A stretch of 60,000 nucleotides of DNA, from positions 32,180,001 to 32,240,000 of the forward strand of contig NC_086108.1 in assembly GCF_963921235.1 (NCBI RefSeq), in the 5' to 3' direction. The position numbers were made by a program, and so were the translations under genes. Origin of the DNA: Mobula hypostoma. Lineage: Eukaryota. Numbering within the stretch: the first letter of the stretch is position 1; every line of letters begins with the position of its first letter. The notes under the pieces were generated by a model. The model saw only the letters and a list, made by a program, of their open reading frames with translations, had not been told where the DNA came from and did no database searches. Below, piece by piece: positions 12,535 to 24,849 of this stretch.

Positions 12535-14465
12535 CCAGTGGAAAACAGGCGTTTGGCTCATATGTCAAGTTTAGGAAGCTAGAATCAAATCGAGCCCTTG
12601 AGGACTATAAAGAAGCCAGAAAAGAACTCAAGGAAGAAATTAGGAAAGCCAGAGGGACCATGAAAAATTCTTGGCAAGTAGGATTAAAGAGAATTGCATG
12701 GCATTTCATACATATATCAAGAGTGCAGCAGCAAAAATTGATCCAAAATCAAAACAAAACAATGCCGCCAGCCTGCAACCCCACAGAGATGTTATACTTC
12801 TGTGACATGCCCACAACTCCAATGATTGTTCCAAAGAGTCGAATTTCCTATTTCAATACTTTAGCAATTAGCAAGCATACAATTAAGCATTATCTCAGCG
12901 GTCAGCAAAGATAAGACCTCCGTGGTCCCAAGCTACAAACTGCCACTAAATGAGCAGGAATACGCAACTTACCCCCCTTTGCTTTTACCACAGCCCTACC
13001 GATGTGTTACGGTAACTAGTCATACATAATAAATAGACAGCACAGAATACATAGCTCCAACAAAACCAGGAGGGGGACCATTTGCTTGGAGAAAATGTGG
13101 GAAAGGTCTTAAATGAGTACGTTGCATCACTAGTTACCAAGGAGAAAGATGTGGTGGGAAAGGGGAGCAGTGCCAAGCATATTAATAAACTAGGGAATTT
13201 TGAAGGTAATGGTGTTGGGTCTCTTGAAGAGCAATAAGGTGGACAAGTCTCCAAAGCCTGATGGGATACACCCCAAGTTATTGATAGAAGCAAGAAATGA
13301 GACTGCTGTGGTCTTGACCAATATCTTGTTCTCCTCTTTAGCCAGAGGCAAGATCCTCGAAAAAAGCGAGTTACTAATTTTGTTCCATTATTCAATAAGG
13401 GAACCGGGGATGATCCTGGAAAATACTGACCAGAGACTCTCAAGTCAATGGTAGGGATAGAATTTATCAGCATTTGGAAAACCATGACCTAATTAGGGAG
13501 AGCCAGCATGGTTTTGTGCAGGGAAAGTCACATCTTACTAACTTGATTGAGGTTTTTGACAAAATGATGAACATGATTGGAGAAGGTAAATGATGGACAC
13601 TGGCTGCATGGATTTTAGTAAGGTGTCTGACAGGTACCTCATCGGAGACTCGTCCATGAGTTTAAGATGCATGGGATCCATGGTGAATCGGCCATTTGGA
13701 TTCAGAATTGGCTCACCTATAGAAGACAAATGGTAGTGGTTGAAGGGCCTTGTTCTAGCTGGAGGTCTGTGATTAGTGGCGTTTTGCAAGGATCTGTAGT
13801 GGGACCTCTGCTGTTTGTGAAGTATATAAATGATTTGAATAAAAATGAGAATGGGTGGGTTAGTAAGCTTGTAGATGATTGGTGCTGTTGTAGAAAGCTT
13901 AGAAGACTGGCAAAGAATACAGTGGGATATAGACCATTTGCAGATATGACCAAAGAAATAGCAGATGGAGTTTACCAGCCAAATGTGAAGAGTTGCACCT
14001 TGATAGGCTAAATGTAACGAGACAATACACTGTCAACGGCAAGATTCTGACAGTATTGATAAGTAGAGAGATCTTGGGGGCTAAGTTCATAGCTCCCTGA
14101 ATATAGCTATAGGGGTTGATAGAGTGGTAGGAAGGCATATGGCAATCTTACCTTTAATAGCCAAGGCATTGAGTTCAAAAGTCAGGAAGTTGTAGCTTTA
14201 TAAAACCCTAGTTCGGCCGCATCTGAAGTTTTGCTTACAGTTCTGGTCACCTCATTATAGGACGGATAACAAGACTTTGGACAGGGTGCAGAAGAGTGTC
14301 ATTCCAGGGGCTTTCAGATAGCCACATGAATTTGCAGGAAATGGAGAGGCATGGATTATGCGGAGGCAGAAGGGATTAGCATAATTTGCCGTGGTGATTG
14401 GCCTAGATATTGAGTGTTGAATGGCCTGCTACTATATTGTGTTAAGTTGTGTTGTTCTATGTTCC
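12535..14465 (+). mobile_element. Degenerate CR1 LINE ORF2 and 3' end, with an unrelated insert at ~12725-13065
   Basis: VDKSPKPDGIHPKLL; WIQNWL...SGVLQGSVVGPLLF; tgttctatgttc tail. Confidence 0.85.
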
Positions 14466-15150
14466 ATTCTCAAGAAGTAGAGAGGATGACCCTTTTATTC
14501 CCTGCACCCCGCCAAAAGTAATTTTAGAAATCTTTTCCCTGTATAAAGCTCAGTTCAGGGAGGTTGTTTCAGGTGTCTGGTGGCTATCACAGAGACAATG
14601 TTGTTTGCCAAGATTTCGCTGGGAAAGGATGCTGAAACTGATTCACTTATCCTGCCATAGACTTGGAAAATTCTTCAAGACATCATTGATAACATTACTC
14701 CAGTATTTTCATGTGCCTGTTGTAGGTAATCTACATCTCAACATCTCCTCAGGGAGCAGGACTTACTGCTGCTCAGTGGATAATGTGGGATTCAATCTGC
14801 AAACTTCCTTTTCCTCAGCTAGCTAAAGACAGTGCTAATGCATCAAAGGCAATGATGAATTCCATCATCAATGTCTGTTTTCACTGAGAGATAGTACTCA
14901 AGATATGAAAAATGGCCTATGCTTTACAAATCTTGCAGTGTATTGTCAGAAAGTGGTGTTGTACAGAGGGCCAAGTTGATAAAGGACAGTTACTTTGTGG
15001 ATGTTGAGGGTATAATCCATTGTCTTCAATGTTTCTGCACAGAAACACCAGCACCATCTACATAATGCAGCTCAACTACTGATACTGGGAGGACCTTGGA
15101 TATGGACTTGAGAAAACACTTGTTAAGAAGTTTCAACTAAATTCTGTCCT

Positions 15151-15712
15151 GAAGTGTCCAGGGAAGGGTAGCACCTCTGGTGGCGGGCTTGTCGTGCTCT
15201 GCCCAGGGGCAGTTCATCCACTTTTGGTTCCCACACCACCTAGCTCTCACCTGCGGCTCCAACTAACTGTTTGCATGCAATAGTGGCCACAGCCCTGGCA
15301 CACCGCTTCGACAGGCAGGCTAAACCAGGTGAGGGTAGCCAGGAACCTCCAACTCCGGTGAGACAGGGATAAGGATATGCCTAGCCCAGCATGAGAAGCC
15401 AGTTTCAGCAGACTGGGTGGATGAGATCAATTACAAGATCCAATGGCCAAGGTGGCAGTGCTGCAATGCTTCGTGGAGAGTGAAGGGCACACAAGGCAAA
15501 AGTAGTATCATGGTTATCCACTGCAGCCAAGGAAGACTCTAGTCATGACAATTTTTTGTACCATTGGAGCAAGATTTTTGAGGCAGAGAGACTGGAACTG
15601 ACCCAGTGCAAGGAAGGGCTTTTTCACCATAAAATTCATCCCACACAGGTTTTTCCTCTGTGCAGCTCAAGCCGCACAGGCAAACATCATCATCAGAAAG
15701 GATGGACAATGA
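15151..15712 (+). mobile_element. RTE-derived non-autonomous element, older copy with decayed HDV-like ribozyme
   Basis: Homologous to the reverse complement of 42534-43104 (gggtagcacctctggtgg...ctctcacctg...gctaaaccaggtgagggtagcc). Confidence 0.75.
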
Positions 15713-16353
15713 ACACTAAATTCTGCAGATAAATTACAGTTCAGCAAAAAAACTTATTGGAGCAATGTGCAATATTGCTGCAAAGAAAACTAAAGATAAA
15801 ATTGTGGACATTGATGCAGCCTCCTGATACCATACATTGAAATTGCCTACTGGTCAGGATCATGGCTTGCACATTTGTGAAGCAAAAGTGAATCCTGAAC
15901 TTTCTACAAATTCTAAAGATCAAGAGTCTATCAATAAAGCCAAATCTGCCACTGCATAAGTTTCACAATCTGGATCCGATCATATATTGCTGAGGTGACG
16001 TTAAACTGTACATACTCAAAATTATTACATTTGAGTGGCTAATTTATAATAAAATCACAAACAAAATCAGTTATCTTATTGTATCAACGTAATGTTAAAA
16101 AGAGGCAAAAATCCTGTGTCTAATATATATTGTGCAGGTTTTATACATACTGGTAATTGAATTTAAGGCGAGGTGATCAAAGTCATTTGCCACATTCTCA
16201 ATGAGTACAGTGTATCATTCATGCTAAATTATTACATGCCATTTGCCTTTATAGTAAATACTTCCTGACTTAAAAATAAATTTCCTTTAAATTAAGGAAT
16301 TCTCACTCTTCTAATGATATTGTCTTTTCCCTCACAACCATGTAACATATTTA

Positions 16354-16372
16354 CACTGCCCTCATGTGGTCA
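16354..16372 (-). promoter_or_regulatory. Candidate CTCF site
   Basis: Minus strand tgaccacatgagggcagtg resembles the CTCF consensus. Confidence 0.35.
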
Positions 16373-18180
16373 TACAGCTATATAACACAGAAGAGGTCGT
16401 TCAGCCCAATTTATACTTGCTAACAAAGCTGCCCATCTAAACTAGCCCCATTTCTCTGTGTTTGGCCTATATCACTCTAAACCTTTCCTATCTATATACT
16501 GGCCCAAATATCTTTTAAATGTTGAAATTGTACCAGTCTCTACCACTTCCTCTGGCATTCATCCCATATACTCAGATTAATTATCAACAGATGTCATGAA
16601 ATTTGTTTTGTAGCAACAGTACAGTGAAGGACAAAATTACGAAGTTACAATATAAATAGTGCAAAAGACAAATAATGATGTACAAGTGCACATTCCTTTA
16701 TCCGAAATTCTAAAATCCAAAAAGCTCTGAAAACCGAAGTCTTTTTCGCCAACAGCTGATGTCACTCAGGTGTGTCGTGACAGCACTAGCAGAGGCCGCC
16801 AGTCGTCAGTTGTAGCTCAGCACTCGTACTGGTTACATATCCATGTGCTATTTGCTGATATTTTGTGTTCACTGTTGACTTTGTGTTTAATTTCACTGTG
16901 AAAATGTCACAAAGAGGTGCAGATACCCCTATGGGTAACAATGAGAAAAAGAGAAGGAATCTTCTCTATCAATAACGCAGAAAGTGGAGTTATTGCAGAA
17001 GCTTGATCGTGGTGTGTCTGTGCGGCGTCTTACTCAAGAAAATAATGTCGGAACTACCACTGTATATGATTTAAATAAACAGAAAGACAAGTTACTGAAG
17101 TTTTATAGTGACACTGACAGTGATGTTCTACATTTATTCCAATAAGTCATTTACCATGTGTTGATTCGGTTCGTTTGAAGCTGTATATTTTTATGTTTTA
17201 TTGAATGTTTTTGTTGGAAATAAAATTTCTTCATCATTATTCCCTAAACAATACAGTATAACAATTATTTACATAGCATTTACATTGTATTAGGTATTAT
17301 GTAATCTAGAGATGATTTAAAGTATACGGGAGGATGTGCGTAGGTTTGGTGCGCTGCTGGGTTTTAAAATCCACCACACTGAGACAGGTTAAATAAGGGA
17401 CTTGAGCATTCGTGTTTTTTGGTATCGGGGGTGGGTGGGGGGTCTGAAATCCGAAAAATTCTGAATTCTGAAATGCAACTGGCCCCAAGGATTTCGGATA
17501 AGGGACTGTGGACCTGTAGTGTTCACAGACTTCAAAAATCTGATAGTGGAGGGGAAGAAGTTGTTCTTAAAACATTGAATATGTCTCTTCAGGGTCCAGT
17601 ACCTCCTCCACAAAGGTAGTTATGAAAAGAGGACATTTCTGAGATGGTGACAATCATTAATGATTGACACTGCCTTCTTGAGGCACAACTTCTTGAAGAT
17701 GTTCTCGATGGCAAGAAGGTTGTGTCTGTGACGGAACTGAGTCCACAGCCTGCTGAAGCCTCTTGATCCTGTGCATTGGAGGCTCCATACCAGACTATGA
17801 TGCAACCCGTCAGAATGCTCTCCACCATACATCTATGAAAATTTGCAAGAGTCTTTGTTGAAGCAGCAAATCTCCTCCAACTCCTAATGAAGTCCCCCCC
17901 CCCCATACGCTGTATGAAATAGTTGCTCTTCAAATGCCCTAAGAAATAGTTGCTCTTTAAATCCACTCTCACTTTAAACCTATGCCCTCAAGTTTTGGGC
18001 TCCCCTGCTCTGGGGAAAGGACTCAGGCTATTTACTTTATCAATACTCTTCATGATTTTATAAAGCTCTACAAAGTGCCCCCTCAACTTCTTTCACTCCA
18101 GGGGAAATATGTCCTACTTTATCCAGCCTCTCCCCATAACCCAAGCCCTTCAGTTCAAGTAACATCTTTGCAAAGCTAGG
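16372..18180 (-). mobile_element. CR1 3' fragment interrupted by a Rex1/Babar-like LINE 3' fragment (~16575-17895)
   Basis: CR1-like tail pieces flank the Rex-like ORF FIRSWRRFAASTKTLANFHRCMVESILTGCIIVWYG. Confidence 0.65.
16683..17516 (+). mobile_element. Tigger/pogo-type internally deleted DNA transposon
   Basis: TA|caagtgcacattcctttatccgaaatt ... gatttcggataagggactgtggacctg|TA. A frameshifted CENP-B-type HTH fragment starts at 16904: MSQRGADTPMGNNEKKRR/ITQKVELLQKLDRGVSVRRLTQENNVGTTTVYDLNKQKDKLLKFYSD. Confidence 0.88.
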
Positions 18181-18546
18181 TGTCGTGATAGATAAAAACT
18201 TTTCTAAAAGTACAAGACTAAAAGTGCTCTCTCCCCTACAAGACAGAAGTAATGAGATATAAATTGTTCTTGAGTATTAATTTGGAAGTGTTAAAGGTCA
18301 AATAGGTTGTTATATAAATCAAATTACCTTTTGGTTGAATTTATTTCCTTAAAGAACGTTAGAGCCAATTTGGAACCTTACTTAACACCTAAATATCCAT
18401 CCCAACTTCCATCTAAGTTAATCTTTTCAGTGGGCATGCCCAAGTCCAACACACAACTCCTAAAGCAATTCCATTTATGTCATGGAATAGGTTAACAAGC
18501 AAACAGGGGGAAAGACTACAATACACAAAAATTCCTTAAGTGAAGG

Positions 18547-19166
18547 CAACTGGACTGGTCAAAGAACACTGAGGCTGTCGACAAGAAGGGTCAGAGCCGT
18601 CTCTATTTCCTGAGGAGACTGAGGTCCTTTAACATCTGCCGGACGATGCTGAGGATGTTCTACGAGTCTGTGGTGGCCAGTGCTATCATGTTTGCTGTTC
18701 TGTGCTGGGGCAGCAGGCTGAGGGTGGCAGACACCAATAGAATCAACAAACTCATTCGTAAGGCCAGTGATGTTGTGGCGATGGAACTGGACTCTCTCAC
18801 GGTGGTGTCTGAAAAGAGGATGCTGTCTAAGTTGCATGCCATCTTGGTCAATGTCTCCCATCCACCACATAATGTTCTGGGTGGGCACAGGAGTACATTC
18901 AGCCAGAGACTCATTCCACCGAGATGCAGCACAGAGCGTCATAGGAAGTCATTCCTGCCTGTGGCCATCAAACTTTACAACTCCTCCCTTGGAGGGTCAG
19001 ACACCCTGAGCCAATAGGCTGGTCTTGGACTTATTTGATAATTTACTGGCATAATTTACATATCACTATTTCACTATTTATGGTTCTACTGCTATTTATT
19101 ATTTATGGTGCAACTGTAACGAAAACCAATTTCCCCCGGGATCAATAAAGTATGACTATGACTATA
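18547..19166 (+). mobile_element. Rex1/Babar-like LINE, 5'-truncated
   Basis: LYFLRRLRSFNICRTMLRMFYESVVAS...; aataaa plus (tatgac)n tail; nearly identical to 33010-33623. Confidence 0.88.
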
Positions 19167-20951
19167 TCTTTGCTGACTCTTGGGAATTCCTGGTGCACAA
19201 CTCTCAAAGTGGACTAGCAAGGTTTTGGATAATTTTGAGATCCTCAAGTTCATCCATCAGGAACACACAGAAAATTTAACTACAATCAGATGGAGCACAC
19301 CACCTCACAAACTAATCATCCACCCACTCTATCAGTCAGCTGCTGTTTAATCTGTAATAACATTTACAGCTTCAGTATTGGTCTCATTCATCACCTCACA
19401 ATCCACATTGGAGTAAAAGCAGATCTTTCATTACCTGTCAAACTCTTATGACCATGTAAACCTTTATCCAATCACCTCTCAGCTTCCTCGCTCCAAGAAC
19501 AATCAACCCAGCTCTTAAAATCTCACAACCTCCTCACTTTTGCACTCGATCCCAAGGGACTGCCAAATGAGAGTCTTTTCTCCACTGCACCTCATGTGTC
19601 ACCATTTACAAACTATTCCAATTACTAGCTTTAAATTTTAAAACAGTTAACCTTATACTTCCTTGCAGTTAACTCCATCTCCATTGCTCTATTTACAGTA
19701 ATATACTAAAAATCTCAAATCAAACTCCTTTATTCACAACCCACCAATCAAAGAATGAATTGTTAATCTCTATTCTGTGCCACTTACTTCATAATTATTA
19801 ATGCATGCTATGAGTCTACTCCTTGGACTCATTTTTATTGACAATCTCTTGCACTAACCTTGTCAAATTCCTCTGAAAGTCCATATGGAAACAAAACGTT
19901 ATGGTGGGGAAGTGAAGAAAACATGGCCATGTCAAAGCTCTGTATTATATGAGAAAAGAGATAGAGTTGGAGAAGTTAGGGAGGAAATGCCAGAACTTAG
20001 AACCATGGCAATTTAACATAAGAATGTCACTGATTTACAATGAGCAAAAGGATAGAGTTAAACAAGAGAGTATTCAGGCAAGAGGGCAAAGACAGAGGGA
20101 TCAGAAACAGGGAGGGAAGAATCTATTGAGGAACATGAAAACACATGAGAATTTTAAAATCTAACTGCAGCTTAGTGAGCAGCCTGTATCAGTCAATGAA
20201 AGGAAGGGAAGTGGATGAAGGAGACAATAGATGCTGAAGGCACATGCTGCACTATTTTGGGTAAGACAACAGTTATCAGCCAAGCTTGTGTTCCAGTCAT
20301 GACTGAAATTTAAAGGTATGACCAAATTTGACTGATGCCAAAAATTTAAGTGCAATTTTACAACATGCCTGAAAGGTTTCCTCATTATCTAGGAACACAA
20401 TCTTGCCTTTGTTACTTCAAGATGAATTATGTGAACTGTTCAAAATTTTGAAGCCCCTCCACTGCTCCTCATGGTATACCACAAATTACATTATAACAAT
20501 GAAAATAACAATATATGCCTGCTTTCTTGCATTTCACATTTGTTTTTCAGTTGCTTCAGAAACACAAATGTACAGTGATATGGGCTAGCAAAGACCATTT
20601 TCTCCACTAAGCTTCAAATAGACGTTTGTATTTTTATATTGATATACTCATTAAATACAAGGCAGAATGTGAGCTATTAGGAATATATATTTTAAATTGA
20701 TGATAAAATATGATCAAATTCTGTAACTAGTTGGTGAGGAAAAAATTAACAACAGTAATTCAATCTTTGGGAAATAGGATGGGGAAACAGTCAATTAAAA
20801 TAATATGATTTAAAACCATAAAATAGTTTACAAAAACTAATGTAAGACAAAAGAATTATGTTAATAAATCTGATCAAGTTTGTATTCAAAATACAGAAAT
20901 ATGAAAGGTACAGGTTTGGTTAAACTAATAAGAAGATCTTTAGTTTACTCT

Positions 20952-21804
20952 TGTGACAAGAATACACATAGATAAAGATGTTAGCTGGCCTGTGCTGGCA
21001 CCAGTGGGATCAGCAGTTGGTCTGCCACCTGTCCTTCAGGAGAGAGAGAGAGATAAGGAAAACAATGGAGCTGCATTTGGAGATGTTAAAGAAGGGAAGG
21101 AGAGCTGTCAAGATCGGCTCCCCCTTTGAACCCTGAACTGTTTGAAGTGATGGACAGGCAATACCCCAGCAGGGGGATAAAAAGGGACAGGTTCGCTAAG
21201 GCAGGACACACACGACACCCGAGGTAACAAGACCTTGGAAGCGGTGCGTCTCTCACAAGTCGGTGGGAAGTACCGGGCCATAGATGCACAGGGTGGAAAG
21301 GCACGATCGGCAGGAACCTGGTGTGTCTCCACCCTTGCCTGGGTGCCAGGTTCACCGCAGGGAAACGATCGTATCTGGAAACGGAGGGGTCACGGTCGGT
21401 GACCTCAGATGACATCACAGAGGATTCGCCCGAAAGCTGACTGCGAAGGTCTGTGTGGAAGCCTTGAATATTCATTCGTTTTGCTCTCTCTCTCCTTCCC
21501 CCCACTGTCCATCGCCACGGCAGCGATTACTGCGAACTGAACTGAACAAAATTGAACTGAACTTTGCGTCACTTTGAAACTGGTCATTTACCCCTAGACA
21601 ACGATAGAGCTTGATTGATCCTGTTATCTGAATTCTATGTACATGTATGTTTATCAATGCTAAACTGTTGCATTCATTATCCTTTTGATTAGAGTACTGT
21701 GTTGCTTGTTTCTTTAATAAAACTTTCTTAGTTCTAGTAATCCAGACTCCAACTGAGTGATCCATTTCTGCTGGTTTGGCAACCCAGTTACGGGGTACGT
21801 AACA
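20952..21804 (+). mobile_element. Solo LTR, 853 bp (Gypsy- or ERV1-like)
   Basis: tgtgac...gtaaca termini; 4-bp TSD ctct (20948-51, 21805-08); TATA-like gataaaaag; AATAAA at 21716. Confidence 0.9.
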
Positions 21805-23286
21805 CTCTCCAAATCCAGGAAAGATACTGTTGATGGAATCAGATGCTGCCTGACTGCTGAGTTCCTCCAGCATTTTCTGGGTGTTACTTACAAAGGAAAT
21901 TTGGAAAAAAGTAATTATGCATTCATGGTAGAAATAGCAAATAAATCCACCCTGTACAAGGTGAAAGAAAATTGATGAGAGTTAGTTGTGTCAAACAAGA
22001 ATATACAGTATAAACTGAATAAAGATACCATAATCTCATAAAATGGAGACAGCAAGAGGCTTCAAAAGAGTTTATTCAAACATTTTCTTGAATTTCTTCG
22101 TAAATAGAAAATTTAAGAGTTCAAAAGTAAAGAAAGCAAATGCTAAAAGAATCAATTAAAACATGTTATTTGGACATGCATGGATTTAAAAGTTTTAGAT
22201 AGACTGCTGTTTCCTGAGAGAAGAATTTTTTTTAAAAATTAGGACAAAACACCAGGAGATTCCTTTCAAGCCCTACAAAGGGTACAGAAGTCTCAGAGAA
22301 AAAATTTCCTCAATATTCATTAATCAATTGTATACATTTGCATACGTGTATGCTGGCCACATAAAAACTCATCCACCTCCCTTTGGAGCTCTTAATAAAT
22401 CTGCATTCACTGGCTGCATCAGCAATTTATTCCAGATGTTAGTTATTCTGTGTTTTAGAACATCTAAACCAGGTTTTAGACTTCTTTAGTTCTCTTCAGC
22501 TTTCCTAAAACATTCAGCATTAATAGCATAAATAAATCATTCAGTTTTATCTCTATAAAGGCTGCAGTTAAAATTCTCAAAAGTTTGTGCTTGCACAGAA
22601 CACAATATTGCAGCATTCTATCATTAATGTTTATCGCAATTCTGAAAAAATACATTCCTGTATGCCTTTCACATTAGTGTTAAAGTTGGTCCAAAATAAC
22701 AACTTCCAATATGAGAAAAAGAACTGCAAGTGCTTGAAATAAGGATGCATTAACACGCTTATACACTCCATTAATTGCTGTAAAATCTTCCTTAAAGATT
22801 GAGGCCGTAATTATCTAATAAAATTTGATACATAGTAGTTAAGGCATCTAATGGAAAAAAATGCTTAATTAAATACATCAGATGCTTCTGACAAAAAAAA
22901 AGTTTATAAAGGATTTTCCGGAGTTTAATTTTCAGGCAACTAATTAAAAATGCAGCTCTGAAAATTAAAGAAAAATATAAAGGAATATGATGCAGTACTG
23001 AACAAGGAAACAGAATGGTGAAGAAGAAACTTGAGTAAAAGGATGGCTACTTAAAAAAAGTTAAGTGCTTTTCAACTGAAATTAACTTTCAAAACTAAAA
23101 CTTTAAAATCAGGAAGTGATTCATCACAGAGGCAAATAAAAATTAACAACTGCAGTGGAAAACATCTGGATTTTATTCTTTCTTTGGAGGTTCCCAAAGT
23201 CTCCAAAAATTTTTGAAACCATATTTGAACGAAATGTTCCAAAGTAAACACCCATTTTATGCCACATTTAGGCTCTTATGCTATCC

Positions 23287-23305
23287 AACAGCTAGATGGC
23301 GCTGC
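23287..23305 (+). promoter_or_regulatory. Candidate CTCF site
   Basis: cagctagatggcgctg resembles the CTCF core; GC- and CpG-retaining island in AT-rich unique sequence. Confidence 0.45.
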
Positions 23306-23807
23306 GGTAATGCTTTTCAATGTTAAAATCATAATATCTGGCATGATAAATATCAGCAATAAACATGATTAAACTTGGTCTGTATTATAAAATAAAATGG
23401 CACTCCTTATGCCTGATAATTCAGAAATTCCTAACAGGTAGACAAAAAAAAAGGCTTTATATACTGTAAGACATAGTACATAGAAACAGGAATAGGTTCT
23501 TTGGTCAGTCGAGCCTGCTCTGCTACTTAGGCAGATCTTTTGCCCCAGTACCACTTTCCTGAATTCACAATAGAGGACTTCACAACCTAACATGCCTCGA
23601 CGGGTTTTTCTGTCAAGCAAATTTGCAGTTAAAATAGTTGGCTCACAATATTAACTAATTAAAAACAGGTCTATCAATAATTGTTTCATGCTCTCCATGG
23701 CAGAAGTTGGAGCTTTGAATTAAAAAAAATTAAAATATAATTCCTAATATCAAGACATACAAATCTATGATTAATAACATCTAAAAATCAAGTAGAGAAA
23801 ATACAGG

Positions 23808-24113
23808 TATAGGGATCCGTTAGTCTCATGAGACCATGGATTTGCGCCTTGGAAGGTTTCCAGGGCGCAGGCCAGGTCAAGGTTGTATGGAAGACTAGCA
23901 GTCGCCCATGCTGCAAATCTCTCCTCTCCACGACACTGATGTTGTCCAAGGGAAGGGCATTAGGACCCATACAGCTTGGCACCGGTGTCGTCACAGAGCA
24001 ATGTGTGGTTAAGTGCTTTGCTCAAGGACACACACGCTGCCTCAGCCAAGGCTCAAACTAGCGACCTGCGAATCACTAGACGAACGCCTTAACAACTTGG
24101 TCATGTGCCAACA
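23808..24113 (-). mobile_element. tRNA-derived SINE with CORE-like domain
   Basis: Minus strand has decayed A box (tggcacatgaccaagttg) and B box (agtttgagcc), then gtgtccttgagcaaagcacttaacc and a LINE-like tail. Confidence 0.7.
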
Positions 24114-24849
24114 TAATATAGGTATATTAATAAAGTATGGGAAGGAGCAGAAAGATGATAGCACTTTAGGTCTGTATATTCAAGGTAGCTACTCCTTGAG
24201 CAAACTGCTATTAATCACAATGTGGATGATCTTCCTGGTATGTACAATTAATACGACAAATTTAAACAAGCCAATTACAAAATCACCTTTCTCTTATTCA
24301 ACAGTATTGAGACAAAAGGATATTATTTAAGTGTCATCAAGCAGGAGTTATTCATATCAACAACATTCTGTTTCATTGAAAACCATTCAAACCTTTTATG
24401 TCAAAGCTTTGAACTCCAAACCTACATGCCAGAGATGAAAGCAGCTGTTCACAATATAGGACATTCAGAGGATGCATTAGCATCATCATAGAGTCATAGA
24501 GTACTACAGCACATAAACAGGTCCTTTGGCCCACCTAGACTGTGCCAATGTGGCCCTCTGCCTAAACTTGTCCAGCAGTATCAGGATCATAGCCCTCCAT
24601 ACTTATCTCATTCACACACTTATCTAAACTTCTATTAGATTTTACAATTGACCTCGCATTTACCACTTCTGCAGGAAGCTCAGTCCACGCTTGCACCATT
24701 CTCTGAGTGAAGTTCTCCCTCTGGTTCCCCTAAAATATTTCACCTTTCACTGTAAACCTATGACTGATAGGCTCACACAACCTCAGAGGTCAATGCCTGC
24801 AAGCATTCACTCTATCTATACCCTTCATAATTTTGTATATCTCCATAAG

